Positions 1 through 46,621 of a DNA stretch of 64,000 nucleotides are shown here, in pieces (position 1 is the first letter of the stretch; every line of letters begins with the position of its first letter). The stretch spans positions 40,592-104,591 of the forward strand of contig NMRA01000902.1 in NCBI GenBank assembly GCA_002633005.1, given 5' to 3'. Made by a program: the position numbers and the translations under genes. Under the pieces are notes generated by a model. The model searched no databases, was not told where the DNA came from, and saw nothing but the letters and a program-made list of their open reading frames with translations. The stretch comes from Phoronis australis (Eukaryota > Animalia > Phoronida).

Positions 1-2001
1 AACATACCGAATTATAAAGTTTTGTATCCAATTTATCGTTTTAAATTCAATCGTAAAATATATTCCAATACGCGCTGCCCGTATTGAAATTCCGATACAG
101 GAACGGCCCCTATCGGAATTTATATCTCGATTTGGGCCGGATTCCAATACGGGCTGGAACAAAACCACAAGCACTCTCATCAGATGGTCGCCTCTTTTAT
201 GTTTTTTATAGTTTCCAGGAAGCTCACATCGTAATGCACTTGCAATAGATACCGTTCGTTTCTAAAGGATCCGAGTCCAATGCCAGAATAATTATTTTCA
301 GGAAAATCGAGTGTTTAATCAATTTTCTGACGTATTCCATGAACTAAATACGGCATGTATCAGCACGTCACTCTTAGCAATTATTTATACTTATCACCGT
401 TATTTTTTTAGATTCCAGTGGTTATTCATGGTAAGCGCAAAGCACATTTCGTCAGCGTATTGAATGACGTTAAAGGCAGAAAATGTCAGTTGTTTTGGAT
501 CACAGGCACTCGAATTTCCCGATGACTCATAACCATACGTAGTGAGTGACGTCAGTCGTGATCGAGGAACAAATAAACTCAAGCGCCTGTGTTTTGGATG
601 ACGATCGAGATGTGTCAGACAATGCGTGCACGCGCCATTTCGCTGATATGGTTTTGATGTTCTTGTTGGTAACGGAAATAGAATTTTATCACGGTAAGAA
701 ATAAATATGGTGCAGATTTTATGAGAGTAAAAAGACTAATTCATTTTTAGCCAAGTAAACACGCCAAAGCGAAGCTTTAACTGAAATTTGATTTTTGTGT
801 ATCACCGATCACTACACACGTCATATTGAGTTATTGCATAGTCTAGTAGCTGCCTTGTTGCGTGACAATTTCAAAAGCAGAAACATAAAAAACACGGGCA
901 ACAATGATTCATTAAAAATTATTTATTACAGACTCTATCATGGTAACAAAACTATCGTAGGCACGACCAAATTGACCATTTTTAATGAGCTACTCAGTTA
1001 CACGATGACGACAACACTCTTTGGTTTTTTAGGGCTTACGCATTGATTACAAACTTAAAGTTGAGGCCTAAGTTTAAACTCCAATCGACATCCCTTGGCG
1101 GGAACGACTTTTGAGCAAGGTACACGTGTAATAGATATACAAGAGCAACAGTAGACATACACTAATTCTGCGAACAACAGATTGAGTAACAAGGCATTTA
1201 TGTTTTAGATCATATGTGTTTTATGTTTTGTCAATTGAAAGACAAGTAGTGTTGATTCATACATGTCCAAACAACTTGCTACGAGTAGACAAAAAAGTTG
1301 AGTTAAAACAACTAATATTACCATTATTTTGGGACATATGTTTCTATTGGAAACTAAAGGTGCTATAAACTTGTGCTCGCCAAAGAAAGTAATTTTAAAG
1401 TCAGAGAATATACCCCAGGCTGGTCTAAACTTGTTCCTTACTTAGATGAGAAGTGGTAGACTTGGAATAAACTCATGCAGTTCGTTATTTGTTGGTCGCC
1501 ACAGCATAAAACAACCTGAAATGTCAAACCAGCTTGCTGTGTTTAATCTCAACCACTAACGGAGCAAGGAAACGTTTTGACCTATTGCTTATTGGTAGTG
1601 GCGTAAATCGAAATGCATTTTTCGACGGAGAATGAATTTTAACTAGCTTAAATAAAATCTTCCGGGGAAGTAATTCAACAGTTCATGTCAATTCAAATTT
1701 CCAAGATTGCACTTCAGCCAGAATGAATCTCATAGCCTCCATTTTTTTCTTGCTGCGCCAACTCAAACGTTTTCTACTCAGTTTGAAAATTTAACAGCCC
1801 AAGGTGCTCTAACTGTTGCAGTAGTAACAATGAAAGCGGCTAATGGTGAACAAGCAATCTTTCAAACAAACCAGCTGTTGATTTAGTCCACTTAGTGTTC
1901 TGAGCTTTGTCTCAACTTGCTCCTTACTCAGCTGAGAAAAAATTGTGGTCCTGAAAATAAGTGACAGTTCATAGTTGTTCGAGACCACAAACGGCGGATA
2001 A

Positions 2002-2102
2002 AATGACACGCCGTGACAAGTCAACTTGTAGAGTCAAGTCATGACACGCCGTGACAAGTCATTTTGTATAGCCAAGTCATGCCACACGCCGTGACAAGTC
2101 AA
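2002..2102. repeat. About 39-bp tandem repeat (3 copies) with core ACACGCCGTGACAAGTCA
   Basis: Directly visible. Confidence 0.85.
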
Positions 2103-4196
2103 CTCCTAGAGCCAAGTCTCAAGTAATAACGAAATGCCAGATCTTCCCAAGCCCAGAAATCGCACGCATTTTGATTATGAAAGGATTTGAGCCATGACGG
2201 TAAGTGGTCTAAAGAAAAATTTGTTTTTGTGACTGAAGGTGAATTTACAGTCCCTTTAATATGATACCGACAATTTACAGTCCCTTTAATATGATACCGA
2301 CAAGTTCTGATAGCACGTCCATTCACACACATCTTTTGCTTTAAGCCGACATTGTATTTTCGCGGTTTGAATGGTAAACAATGCAAGATAAAGTGACTAC
2401 AGATTATAGAATTTCTAACGTACACAAAGTCATTTTCAATAAAAGTGCACCCGAATTCTTTAATGCCATCTCACCTTTTGAGTGAGCATAAACTTACGTC
2501 ATGGCATAATTTTCTATTTTGTTTAAACTCATATGTATTGTTGAGCCCTAGAAAAACATAAAAGGTACAACGCATATTGACTATTTGAACTCGGTTTCTT
2601 TTCAAAAACACTGGTTAGCTTGTTTTAGGTTTCTGTTAAAGGTATACTGAGCGTTGTTTAGGTAACATGACTACTACCTTGGTACATTCCATATCGCGCA
2701 ATGGTGAGTTGTGAACGTTTTAAGTCAATTTTGCGAGTCACAAACATCAAAAGTAACACGTGTTATATTCCATAGTTATACTATGGTCGGAATGGCATCA
2801 TTCTTCTTCCATCTTACTTTGACGTCAAGCATTTTTGACCCTCCAACAAATCGCTTAATACAATTTTTTAAAATTGCTTTCCTTAATTCAAGTTTTCACG
2901 GGTGAAAAGCTGTAGTAATTGTTGAAGATGAAATTCTTACAAAATGTCAGCTACCAATAGTTACACGTCTATTCAATGCCTTAACAGTTCGTAGCGACAA
3001 GCACGCGTGAATTAATTTGACAGGTATATAGCTACTAACCAAAGAGACTGAATAATCATTGGAAATCTAAGCTGATGAAACTTCGAAGAATGGTTCAGCT
3101 TTACGTGCTTGTACAATCTTCAACTCTCACCAAGTCAATTAGTGTCATTGCCTGAGTCTAAATGAACACAATGTCTGTTAGATAACGTCATCACAAAAAC
3201 ACATTGTCAATAACTTAATTTCCACATGGATGGACGGAATGTATGTTCGTATCGTATACAAAAACGATGTATCCAGTGATCGTTAAAGAAGTAAAAACAT
3301 TAAGGTGAATACATGGATATTTGGATCCATGTCATACGCTGGACAACAAAAATATAGAATGCTCCTAACACCACCAAGTGACGACTCGGTTTAACGAGTT
3401 TGTCGCCTAAGACTGTTCAGCTGAAGGAGTTGTGACACAGCAGGTGAGTTCAGACACGTGCATTCAGATCACGAGAGCCAGTCGAAGGATCCGTTTACAA
3501 CAAACGCTTGAAAAATCTGGAGTTCAGTCACAAGCGCTACTGCCACATTTCGGATAAATTGGTGTTCGTGTAAACTGGTGTTCTATTACTATACTTAGTA
3601 TAATATCATTGTCATGACTTGTGTTGGATGTCTATTCATTTCCCTTGGATGCCTTTTATAATGTGGACCACAACACATCATCTTAGTTGGATAAACATAA
3701 ACAAAGCGTGAACCTGACACTTACGGCACGAGCATTGCGAGTTCTTGTAGCAGTCAAAAGTGTTTCACAAACACGCCCAACTGAGTCGTCACAGGGCGAC
3801 GCGAATGGCGTTCCATACACTGATGATAAAGCTTAATACCAAAATTATGTCTCCGCTGTTATTATAAATGCGGTATAAGTCTAATAGTATCAAAATGGGC
3901 TACACTCTGGCAAGGCAAAATTCGTCAGTGTTGGAATGAAGTTATACAGATCCAAATATAGACGATGAACGTGATCATTTATGTAGGTGAAGCACCTTAA
4001 TACGCATTTATAAATCATGAAAGCTCACTAAAATATTTTCCCCACTTTGCAGAGCCACACGGCTCCTGCTACTGGGGAAGGCATATTACAGTGAGTTCAG
4101 GAATGTTTTGATTTATGTTTTGCCCATTAAATCCAACACATAGACAGCATTTACTTGTATAAAGAACAGAAAATCCAGGCAAAGAACTGCCACAGT

Positions 4197-36560
<32,364 letters not shown>

Positions 36561-37500
36561 GGTGGACGCGACTACGAAACAGTGTCACAGAATCTCTTGT
36601 GTCTCGCACATCGGTTATATACGTTGCATGTACGGCACAAAAGTCACCTCTATTTGCGTCTGAATTTCGTTATAATGGCACTTGAATATGTCAAAAATGT
36701 ACTCTTCAACTCTTTTATCTATGAAGAGGGGCCAGAGTAATAATATTGTCTTTTCACGGGCCAATTATATCAACAATGATACGGTTATCGGTTTCCAAGG
36801 GTTCTTGACTCAGAAAGTCACCGAGATCAGCCTCTGTGGAAGTAGAGCTTCACCCGCCACTGACCAATATTACCACAATGTCCAGCAACATAAATAGTGT
36901 ACGGAGAAAACCTGTTCCGTTTGTCCTATGTAAAGATAACCAAGTAAACCAAACCTCAATGCTGTGAACTGCACCAATCTCGCAAGATCAAATAATTCTG
37001 CATAATTACGCCTCCTTATCACGAACTAAATTTCGGCATCCTTTACAATCGGTAACCGGCTACTGAATTTTCCGATTAGGTAAAAAGTTAGCGAAACGCC
37101 GCATAAAAGGAATCCGCTAACTAAAGACCCCGTCCTCATAGGTCGCATGTCTTGATAAATGTACGGCACTCGCCAAATATAAACACTGGTGGCGGGCGTG
37201 ACGTCATGGCGAAAAGTTAATAACAGCGATAAAATATGATAAGAATTAATCTTGGGCTACAGGAATTCATCCTTCATGTTATAAATTGGTCGGTTTCTGC
37301 TGCCTTTGATATTTGCCGTGTTGAAACACTTTCTGTTCAGACCGTGTTAAGGTTTTGGGAAGAAAAAATCCCAGACGTTTAGCTACAAAACTTAGGAATA
37401 ACACGGCAGATTTTTTGAAAAAGCGTCTACTGCGCGAAGGTGGCCCTTGGCACTATTTCCCATATTGTGCTAAGAAGCAATATGTAGGCTTGATCAATAG

Positions 37501-37563
37501 AACAACAACAAAAACAACAACAACAACAACAACAATAACAACAACAGCTACAACAACAACAAC
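37501..37563. repeat. (ACA)n microsatellite
   Basis: Directly visible; probably the tail of a minus-strand retroposon. Confidence 0.9.
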
Positions 37564-39689
37564 GAACTTTATTTGCAACAATAGACGCTAAATTACACAT
37601 CCACAACATGCGCTCAATGAGCTATCTCCTGGTATAGCTCATTGATGCGCTTAAGGAAATTAACCCGTATCTACCTTTGCATAAAAAAGAAATTGATGAA
37701 TATTTTATATTGAGAAAGTTTATTTATTTAAAAAATTGCGAACAAAATAAATCCTATGTCTCCTTTATTTTTTCTAAAAACAATTGATTGATCCCTGGTA
37801 TGAGTGCATATGTAGGTGTGCGTGTGAAGTCAACTTCATGACTTGTACATGTATTGTTATTCTTGTTCGGAGATACTACATGTATAAAAAGTATATAACA
37901 TGTGAAATTTACCAAATGCTTTCAAAAAAGTAAAATTTCTTTTCAAAGTTCAGGAAGTGTTCGAGTGTGAAAAAGATTTAAAACAATGCTTGAATCCTTT
38001 TTGTGTCATTGAAAAAGGTTACATTGAGAAACGTTATTTTCACGAACTTTAGAACATGGTCACCCCTAATACTGCTTGCCCATTTCTACCTCCTGCAAAT
38101 GTGTTCAAGATGCATCGCTTAACTCGTTAATGGAAAAATGAAAGTGTATAACTGGATACGAATTTTACTCCTATTATTTATCCCATACGCGTTGAATTAG
38201 TCGAGTGCAATACGACCATGTAATAATGTTTTCCGTATTCACCTCCCGCACTACTTCAACAGTGACCTCTGACATGGAAAGTTCAAAAGGTAGGTCAATG
38301 TCGACTCGACGTCGTTGGCCGGTTCGATCATCAATCTTTCCGAAAATAGTTTAAAGTAATACAACTGCAGCGGTGTAAATAACACTCAACATGCAATCAG
38401 GTCTCAATCGTAACATCTAGAACAGGACTGGTAATTGTATGACAGTTCTGTCTCAGTTTTCACTAAATGTCTAAAAATTATATCGTCTGCACCTCGGGCG
38501 CCGAGTCCTCGGTAACTATAATATCAAATATTGTTGTTACTTAACTATTTTTCAGGAGATGTCACAAGTTCAATGCACAGTTACCGTTGTTTTCATCTTT
38601 GTTATCTCTTTTCAAGTAATAAATCGTTACATTTAAAACTGTTTCTTTTACTAGAGAAAACTTTCAACCTAACGCGCAAGTACATACTTACAGGATGTGA
38701 TCCGCCTCGTGAACAGTCTGGGTGTAGAATTTAAAAAATCTGCCGTGAAAATGAAAGAAACTTAGGAATTCGAAGCGTATGTGATAAGTACAAAACGTAC
38801 CTCGATTGGCGTATCAACTGAGACCGAAGGTCGAGGTCGATACGCGGAATAATGTCTCGTGGGATGTTACTTCATCTACCCCACTCTCGGTAAGCTTTGT
38901 GTATGTATTACGACTGCTTTAAACCAGTTGTATTATGTGATTTCACTCAAAATGTCCGCCCCCAGCAGCCAATCATTCCTTCGTTCAGGATCGCGTTTGA
39001 ATCTTCGTGTTCCTCACATTGTTTTCCTTTTTAGACGGTGCAAATTACATGTTGCAATAGGACAAAACGATTTACAACATGACCATTTTGTACAGATCTA
39101 AACTTAAAAATACATCCGAAAACAGTAGACTATAATTTCTTTCTAATTAAAATGACTGGAACTGTACATTTTCCCATTGGTTCTGAACGTAACAACATAG
39201 ACAACAGCTCACATTTAAAAGCATGACTATTTTAAGCGTTTTGTCTGCTTTAAAGAAACAAATAACCCACACTGACTCGATATATATGTATCTTCGATTA
39301 AAACCAGTTGTTATGTTTATGTTTTCTACTTAAACATGTAGGTAGCGCTTCCATCTATACCAATTATGTTCAATGGCCAATCATCCTGCTTCATCTATTG
39401 CTGTTCCTCGCTATCACATGGCCGCTAGAGTTTACCACCTGAGTTCTTATTTCTCTAAACGCTCGGTTACCGCATGGTTACAGAGAGTAAAAATCCAAAT
39501 TAATACACATACCTGATACTACAATATCAATCTATGGGATGAGACCGTCTCTGTATTATTTTTACCCATAAGACTGTTCAGTTTCTAGGTCCTCGTGTAG
39601 CACTCTCATGCTTCTGTGACGTAATTATTGACCCAGAAGACTTACATAGACTTCGATCTCGACCGAAAGTGTTTACTAAGCACCGTTTG

Positions 39690-42230
39690 TGTCAGGCATG
39701 AAGCTCCCCCTTCCGATGTCCTCGCCATTGGCTTTGATTTCTATGACATATCGTGGCTGCTTAAGCAAAAGTAGAATATCTACGCAATAATGTCGAAGCT
39801 TGACCGGTAATACCCAGATTACCAACTGGCGCTCTTATTCCACACCTTAGGGCACGATGCCCTTCGCATTTACAATGGGTTTTGCTTGATCACACCTGAG
39901 CCAGTTCGCACCACAGCAGAATCATCAAGGCTTTCGAGTTTTGTAATGGGGAGATCAAAGAAACAGACAAACGTTTCATCTCCAGTAAAATAGCTCAGTC
40001 TGAAGGGAAACTTTCGAAAGTTTTAAGTCGGTCATTTTGCAGCTGATACGTAACTGCACCTACTGCGAAAACTGCAGAGATTCCATTCTTCGCAACCGCA
40101 TTGTGATTGGTGTTAATGACAGCAAGACACATTTGCTAACAGGACACGACCTCAACCTACAGAGAGCCGTCGACATTTGCAAAGTCGCTAAAAAGACTCT
40201 GACACAGGAAATATTGTGCGCCCTGACGCTAATGTTTAGTAGGTGACTGTTTGTAAAACGAAAGCGTCATCTCGCATTGAAAAGGCACCGACAACCAATT
40301 CCAAACATTGCATGTTTTGCACCACACCGCACGCTCTCAAGAAAGAGTTCCGTCCTTCCCACGCTGTGCAATACTACAAATAACCACATTCGAAGTGTCG
40401 ACAAAGAGGATAATGACGAGCTGTTGATCAACGCTAGATGTGAAGTGCAAGATGATTGTAGGCAGTCTGCGACGAGAATTCAACTTTCAACTGAATACAC
40501 AAACTTCTGCCAATGGTATGCCTGAAGAGGTATCATCCTCCCAACTCCAACCTTGCGACGATAAACCATAGGTGGCGCAGCACTCAAAAATGGGGAGACT
40601 ATAGCCCCCCAGCCCCCTGTGGTACGCCACCCATGTAAATTCGAGGTGTGGAACCAGGCGTCTATGACCCCGCTGATTAAATGCTCTCTCATGGTGGAAA
40701 ACCCTCTCAATCACAAGAAGTATAGCCTAGAATTCCTCGTGGTTCCGACCTGAGATGACCCTTTGTTTGAACTGTCATTCGCCCATCTGATCACTCTTGG
40801 AAACGGGAACATTGAATGTGCTGCTAGTTACGTTTAATCTCACGACATCCTGGTCGAGTTCTACATTGTATTCGCTGGTAGTCTTGGTTCGCTCCAGGGT
40901 AACATTTCTCAAGCTTAGTGAAGACACTAGGCCCATAAAGATGCCTCACCGCAAAGTAACTATCTCCCTGCGGGCGAAACCGTAGGAGTTCTCAGACTGG
41001 AGTCTGACTCAACATCATGGCTGACTCAACTCGTGATTACCCGCAAAAGATCGGGCAACTCCGAGTGTGCATTGACCCCCACGGACTGAACAAAGCCTTG
41101 ATTAGAGAAAGGACCCTCATAGCAGCCATGGGTGATCAACTTGGGCGTATACCGATGGTTTTGCGTGCCCTTTGGCTTCAACGTGTCTGGTGCAATATTC
41201 CAGCGTAAGCTCATCGCAGCGCTACAATGTCTTAATGACGTCCTTTGCATTGTGGACTATGTAATGTCCCTGACGTGGAGACGCACAAGCGCAATGTTCA
41301 TGACTTCCTGACTAGATGGACGGAACAGGCGGCCTCTCTCAACAAATCTTATCATGGGTCAACTTGTTACCCAATCTACAGACACATGTGAATCATTCAA
41401 TGCCTAGGAGCTTAGTCGCTTCATTGGTTGTGAAAGTTCCTTTCCAACTTGTCAGAGACCATTTTCCTGCTCATCAGTCTCCTTAAGGTGGCGTTCTTTG
41501 ATCCTGGCCATCAGCACAGAAGCATGCGTTCCAACGAGTGAATGAAGTATTAATCACTTCTTGCCACGTGTTAGCCTCTTACGACCATGTAGAGGACCTC
41601 GTGCTAGAGAACGATGCCACGATGCCAGCGATTGTAGAATTGGATCTAGACTGATACAGGAAGGCAAGGTAGTTGGCAACGCAAATCGTACCTAACTTGG
41701 ATCAGAGTGTAGATGTGCCCCGATTTAGAAGCAAATGTTGGCCGGACACGACACCACCCCTTCAAGTTCGCCAGGGACGTAAGAGTGATTACAGAGCATA
41801 AACTGGTCGTCTCAATTTTGCAGAAGCCTCTTCCAAAGACTAATAAGATTCTGAAAAATCTTCTGTCCAAATCCAAGCCTACAATTACTCTCTTGAGAAC
41901 CGCAGTGGGAAAATAATCCATCACTTTCACTACAGAGAGCTAACCATACTCCATGGAGAATGCCTCATCATTTCTAAGTCTATAGGGAAAAAACATGAAG
42001 CAGTGTATTAACTCGCGTGTCTGCAAAGCAAGAGGGTTGGTCTTCTCACCAGGAATGTCATCGGAAGTTCGCCAGTTCATCGTGTGCAGCCTACAGCGAC
42101 AGGAAAAGCACGCAACCTCCAATTCTGAGAGACCTGTCCGACCGCCATTCTCCTGCCGTTGCTAGAGACCTGTCCTCAGTTTGTAATCGAAACTACATGA
42201 TTCTTATTGAAATCAAATAGATGTTGCAAT
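39690..42230 (+). mobile_element. Degenerate Gypsy (Ty3) LTR-retrotransposon gag-pol relic
   Basis: Frameshifted fragments: gag YQLALLFHTLGHDALRIYNGF and RNCTYCENCRDSILRNRIVIGVND...DLNLQRAVDICK; RT LRVCIDPHGLNKALIRE; RNase H RDVRVITEHKLVVSILQKPL. Many stops; LTRs not identified; ends approximate. Confidence 0.85.
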
Positions 42231-44317
42231 GCCGTGCAGTTACCGACGAATGAAATATAAAGTAGTAAAACTAAAATGACGAGCGTCGGTACTAAAATAT
42301 ATTAAAATATCCCCACGTATCGAGCGGTGCGCTCTTTCTCAAGGGTGTGCTTGATATCAATATAATCGTATATGCGTCAGGTTGGAATTCAAAGTTTAGA
42401 AGTGAACAAAAGATTTGCTTTCAAACGCAGCAAAGTCAGGTAGAATTGTTTTTTCATACATTAGAAATACTATAATCAACCAATACACGACAGCCGGATA
42501 AATATTGAAACTAATTGAACTAGGAATTCCAATCATGTTTATAATTGTGTAATTCCAAATTCACGGACGATATTTCAACCGACGAAAATAAGACGATCTC
42601 ATAAAATGTGTCAGTCTGGCGAAACGTGGCTTACTTGATTTACTTGTAAAGCCAATACAGACCATAACAATTTTTATAAAAACGCATACGTTTAGCATTA
42701 ACATGTTGTCTCTAAATTGACTGACAAGACAAATTACAGTCAGTGCCACTGCTGTAACAACATAACTCCGAGAAAATGTTTTATCACTCATCTCGAATTC
42801 AAGGTGAAATAATACAACTAGCCGAAAAGTTCCCCCCGAAACGAACAATGCTCCAAGTATAAGCCCAATAAAAACGGCCAAGAGGATTATCAATTATTGA
42901 AAATAAGAAAATCATCATTGTGTCGTTCAAGTACGCCGTACAGGCAAGAGCTGCTTCTGTAGAGGCTAGAAATTCAATCTTTGTAAGGAATGCGTCTGCA
43001 AGGTTTTAATCTCGAAAAAAAAACATTTCTATTGAAAAAGAGGAAGATCGGATTTGGTCACTCTTCGTTAAACAAACTAGTTCTATAATATTATATACGG
43101 AACACCTCGGTTATTTTCGTAGCCTCAAATTTACCCTCGAAAGTGAACGTTATCCGCGCATGCACACAGCAGCTTTCAAACTAGAGAATGACTTGCCGTG
43201 ACTGAAGTTGGCACAATCACAGGTAATGGCCACTTCCGAAAGGAAATTTGACGCTACGGAAATATACGAGTTGTGCCGGGTGATTATATTTAGTTCGTAC
43301 ACAAAAACACAATACGGAAATTGTATCACATAAACTTTTTGTGAAAGGCAAGATTATGCGTTTGAAGCTTAGTGAATTCACATGTTTCACTTGAGAAGCA
43401 TGGCGAAATCTCGCAAAAACTCACGTGTTCTCCTTAAATTAGCAAGAATATAGCCTAATGGAACGCAGTCCAGGTGGCAAACTGACTTGAGCGGAATTCT
43501 AATTTCGCTCGTGATCGCAACGCGAACTACTAATGTCGAAGAAAATGCAATTTTTCTTTCCATTGCACAAGACACGCAAACGAGAGCCAAGCTAGAGACC
43601 TTTCTTGCGTAAATCAGCAAAATGTCCACTTATTAAGTTATAAGTTGGCGTGGCTGGAATGTTGAAATATTCATTGACATAATCAAATGTAGCCAACTGG
43701 AATGAGAAAACTAAGCAAAGAAGCGTAGCGACTGAACGTAGAATTTTTAAATCGAATACGAGGCTCCCTTGTTCTCGTTGTATGCATCACCTTTTTAATT
43801 GTGCTACTTCGTGAGCTATGTCCGAAAGGTATAAACTGATGGGATAAATGTAGGATATACCTACCAAAAATTTTCGCACACCCCCCAAAAAAAATTTGGG
43901 AATTCGGACCTATATTCGAAAAAAATCACGAGAATTTGCACATGGACCTTTTCGGAGTCACACGTAGTTATAGGGCTTCTACATGCACGAAACAAACGAC
44001 ACCGTTATTACCAGAGGCTCATTTCGTGATGTGATATCGGTAGCACATTATCGCGTTGATGGTCCCCAGTTTTCGGAGCCACACGTATTTATATTTGGGT
44101 TTACAAAAGTAAATAGCACACCATTTTCCGAATATATGCCCCGTGGTTTACTATGATAAATTTCCAGTAACATAGTGACTCAACGACTCAAACGACAGAT
44201 ACAAAACGAACTAGTTACCTATAGTTTAGATTGTCATACAGCATACACAGGACATCCTCAGTGATCGAATAGATGTTTACATGATACAATCATTCACTAG
44301 TGTTCCCACACACAACG

Positions 44318-44320
44318 TGT

Positions 44321-44385
<65 letters not shown>

Positions 44386-44407
44386 CGTGTGTGGGTGCGT
44401 GTGTGTG
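44318..44407. repeat. (GT)n microsatellite
   Basis: Directly visible. Confidence 0.97.
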
Positions 44408-45098
44408 AACGTTCTGAATTAGCTGTTGTTATGATATTTCCTGGTCTATCAAACAATCACCCTCTGTTATATTCAAGAAACGTTCACAAATGCTCTTAGT
44501 CCCAAATTATAGAAATCTGCTGTTACCCTTAAAAATTCCTAACAGGCGAACTTCCTTTAGCAAATGTCACTTATGGATGCGGTTGACTTCATGTCGCATG
44601 CAAATAAGTTCGATTCAAGTGAGCCAGACATCGAGACCCTTAAAGATTAAAACTTATTACCGCAGCCAAATGTCGTGTCTGTGTGTTGACGTAACTTGCA
44701 GTGGGATGATAAATTCAAAATGGCAACATTTTACTTCTAATATAGCTGAAAACGACCGCTAAATTATACTATTCCAGTTGAAAATGAAATTTTAGCCTTA
44801 GAATGGGTTTCACTGATACAGTGGAAAATTGTTTGTAAGCATTACGACCGCAAATATTTAGATCTTGGCTAGAGTTATGCAGAACATTTTTAAAGATTAA
44901 AATCTTCTGAGTGACACAACAGGACGGAGAATTGTCTTCACATTTCTCATGTTGTCCGGAACAATTCTGATCATTTTAGGACATAAATTTGTGATTTATA
45001 TCACCGTGTGCACAGCGTTATAAGTGTTGAACGTTTGATATGACTACGACAGAGGGCGTGATAGGTATTACCAAGGATACGATGTTACCAAGCTTTAA

Positions 45099-46621
45099 GG
45101 CTGTGTAGGACCTTATCAACATGTCGGTGTATTTAATCAAAACTGTAGGTTTCACCTTAGTAAATGTATATATTTTCCGAAAGTAAACAAGAGCAACGCG
45201 GAGCGTTGAAATGCGCCCACAATTGCACCACATACGGTATCCTTCTAGGGTTGTTTATTGGTACCATAAAGTGGCCAGTAGAGGGCATACTTTGCAAAAT
45301 GGAAAGGCATGGTCATTGTCTCCTCAATAGGCTAGGGGCAAAATGTGAGTAATCTTCATAATACAAGCACATCCTATACACCAGTTGCTTAAAGCACCAC
45401 AGAAACATAGAATTAAAAACAAATTTACCAACATACGAGATTAGCACAGCATTAGAATGCCAGAAACAAATTTCTACTTGGAACTTTTCCTTCACAGTCA
45501 CGAAGTAACACAAAGTATACACCTGAAGACCTATGAAAATACAGAGGTCAATGTAAAATACTAAAATTGCCACTAGAGGCAAATACTAAAATTGCCACTA
45601 GAGGCATACCGGTAGTCAGAATCATCCTAAAGTCGTCATCGTCCGTTGTCAACATCACATAAATACACTTGCTAAATTTAGTAAAGATCCTGCAAACGGT
45701 TTGGGAGATACAGCCATGGGCGCAAAAAAACAAAACTGCCACTAGGAGGCGCCACAGTAGTCCAAATCGTCTGAAAATCATTGTCAGCTGTCTTCCTTAT
45801 AGTAAGCACATACACGCCAATTTTCACAATCATCCTTTGAGCGGTTTGGTTGATAGAGGGGTGGACGCAAAAATACAGACTCGAAAACAGTAAAAATGGC
45901 CACTAGGTGGCGCAAACTACGTCGAATCCATCTGAAAACAGTAGGATAGCGTCATCTCACTAATAGGTGCCTACATACCAAATTTCATGAAAATCCGTTC
46001 AGGACTTTTGAAGATACAAAGGTAAGCGTAAAAAACTAAAATTGCCACTAGGGGGCACACCGGTAGTCGGATCCGTCAGAAAGTTCGCACATGCCGTCCC
46101 ATTCATGAATGGAACATATGTGCCAAGTTTCATGAACGTATGTCAAAGGGTTTTGGAGATAGAGCAGCGGACGCCGGACGCCGGACGCCAGACGCCGGAC
46201 GCCGGACGGACGCCGCCCGGACGGACGGACGGACAGAGATGACGGCATAATGCGTCCACATATAAATATGTGGGCGCATAAAAACCTTTATACCAATCTG
46301 CTACTATTTGATCAAGTGATCCTATCTTTCTAGGGAAATTAAGTAAAAAAGAAAAGTACATCTACAGCAAAACAACAAAACACGGTTACAGTTTTCTAAA
46401 TTATCATTCAGTTTTCCATTTATGCAGCTTTTGCTTTTCGTCATGAAAATTAAAAAATTCTATTTTTCATAGCTCCTAATGCATAAGTATAACAGCGTAT
46501 TGGAGAGCGGTGTGTAAAGCATAGTAGCTGAAAGTTTCATACGAACCCGATCAGCCATTTCTGAGATATGATGTACCGAAGTTTGCCAAATATGGTGATG
46601 TTTCGAGGGCCCTACGTAACC
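45099..46621. mobile_element. Degenerate TTAA-flanked (Kolobok-like) non-autonomous element hosting the HINE insertion
   Basis: TTAA|GGCTGTGTAGGACC... and ...GGCCCTACGTAACC|TTAA form imperfect inverted ends. A related terminus lies in opposite orientation at about 18425-18530. Confidence 0.5.
45185..46284 (+). mobile_element. Non-autonomous Helentron-like (HINE/DINE-1-type) element
   Basis: 5' AAACAAGAG, CAACGC-GGA-GCGTTG hairpin and ATGCGCCCAC; ~150-bp core subrepeats; (GACG)-type microsatellite; 3' hairpin ATGCGTCCACATA-TAAA-TATGTGGGCGCAT followed by an A-run. Confidence 0.8.

Noticed and set aside
3070-3102. Hammerhead ribozyme at CTGATGA
   Set aside because: Forms only a simple AAGCTGA/TCAGCTT hairpin, with no correctly placed GAAA or three-helix junction.
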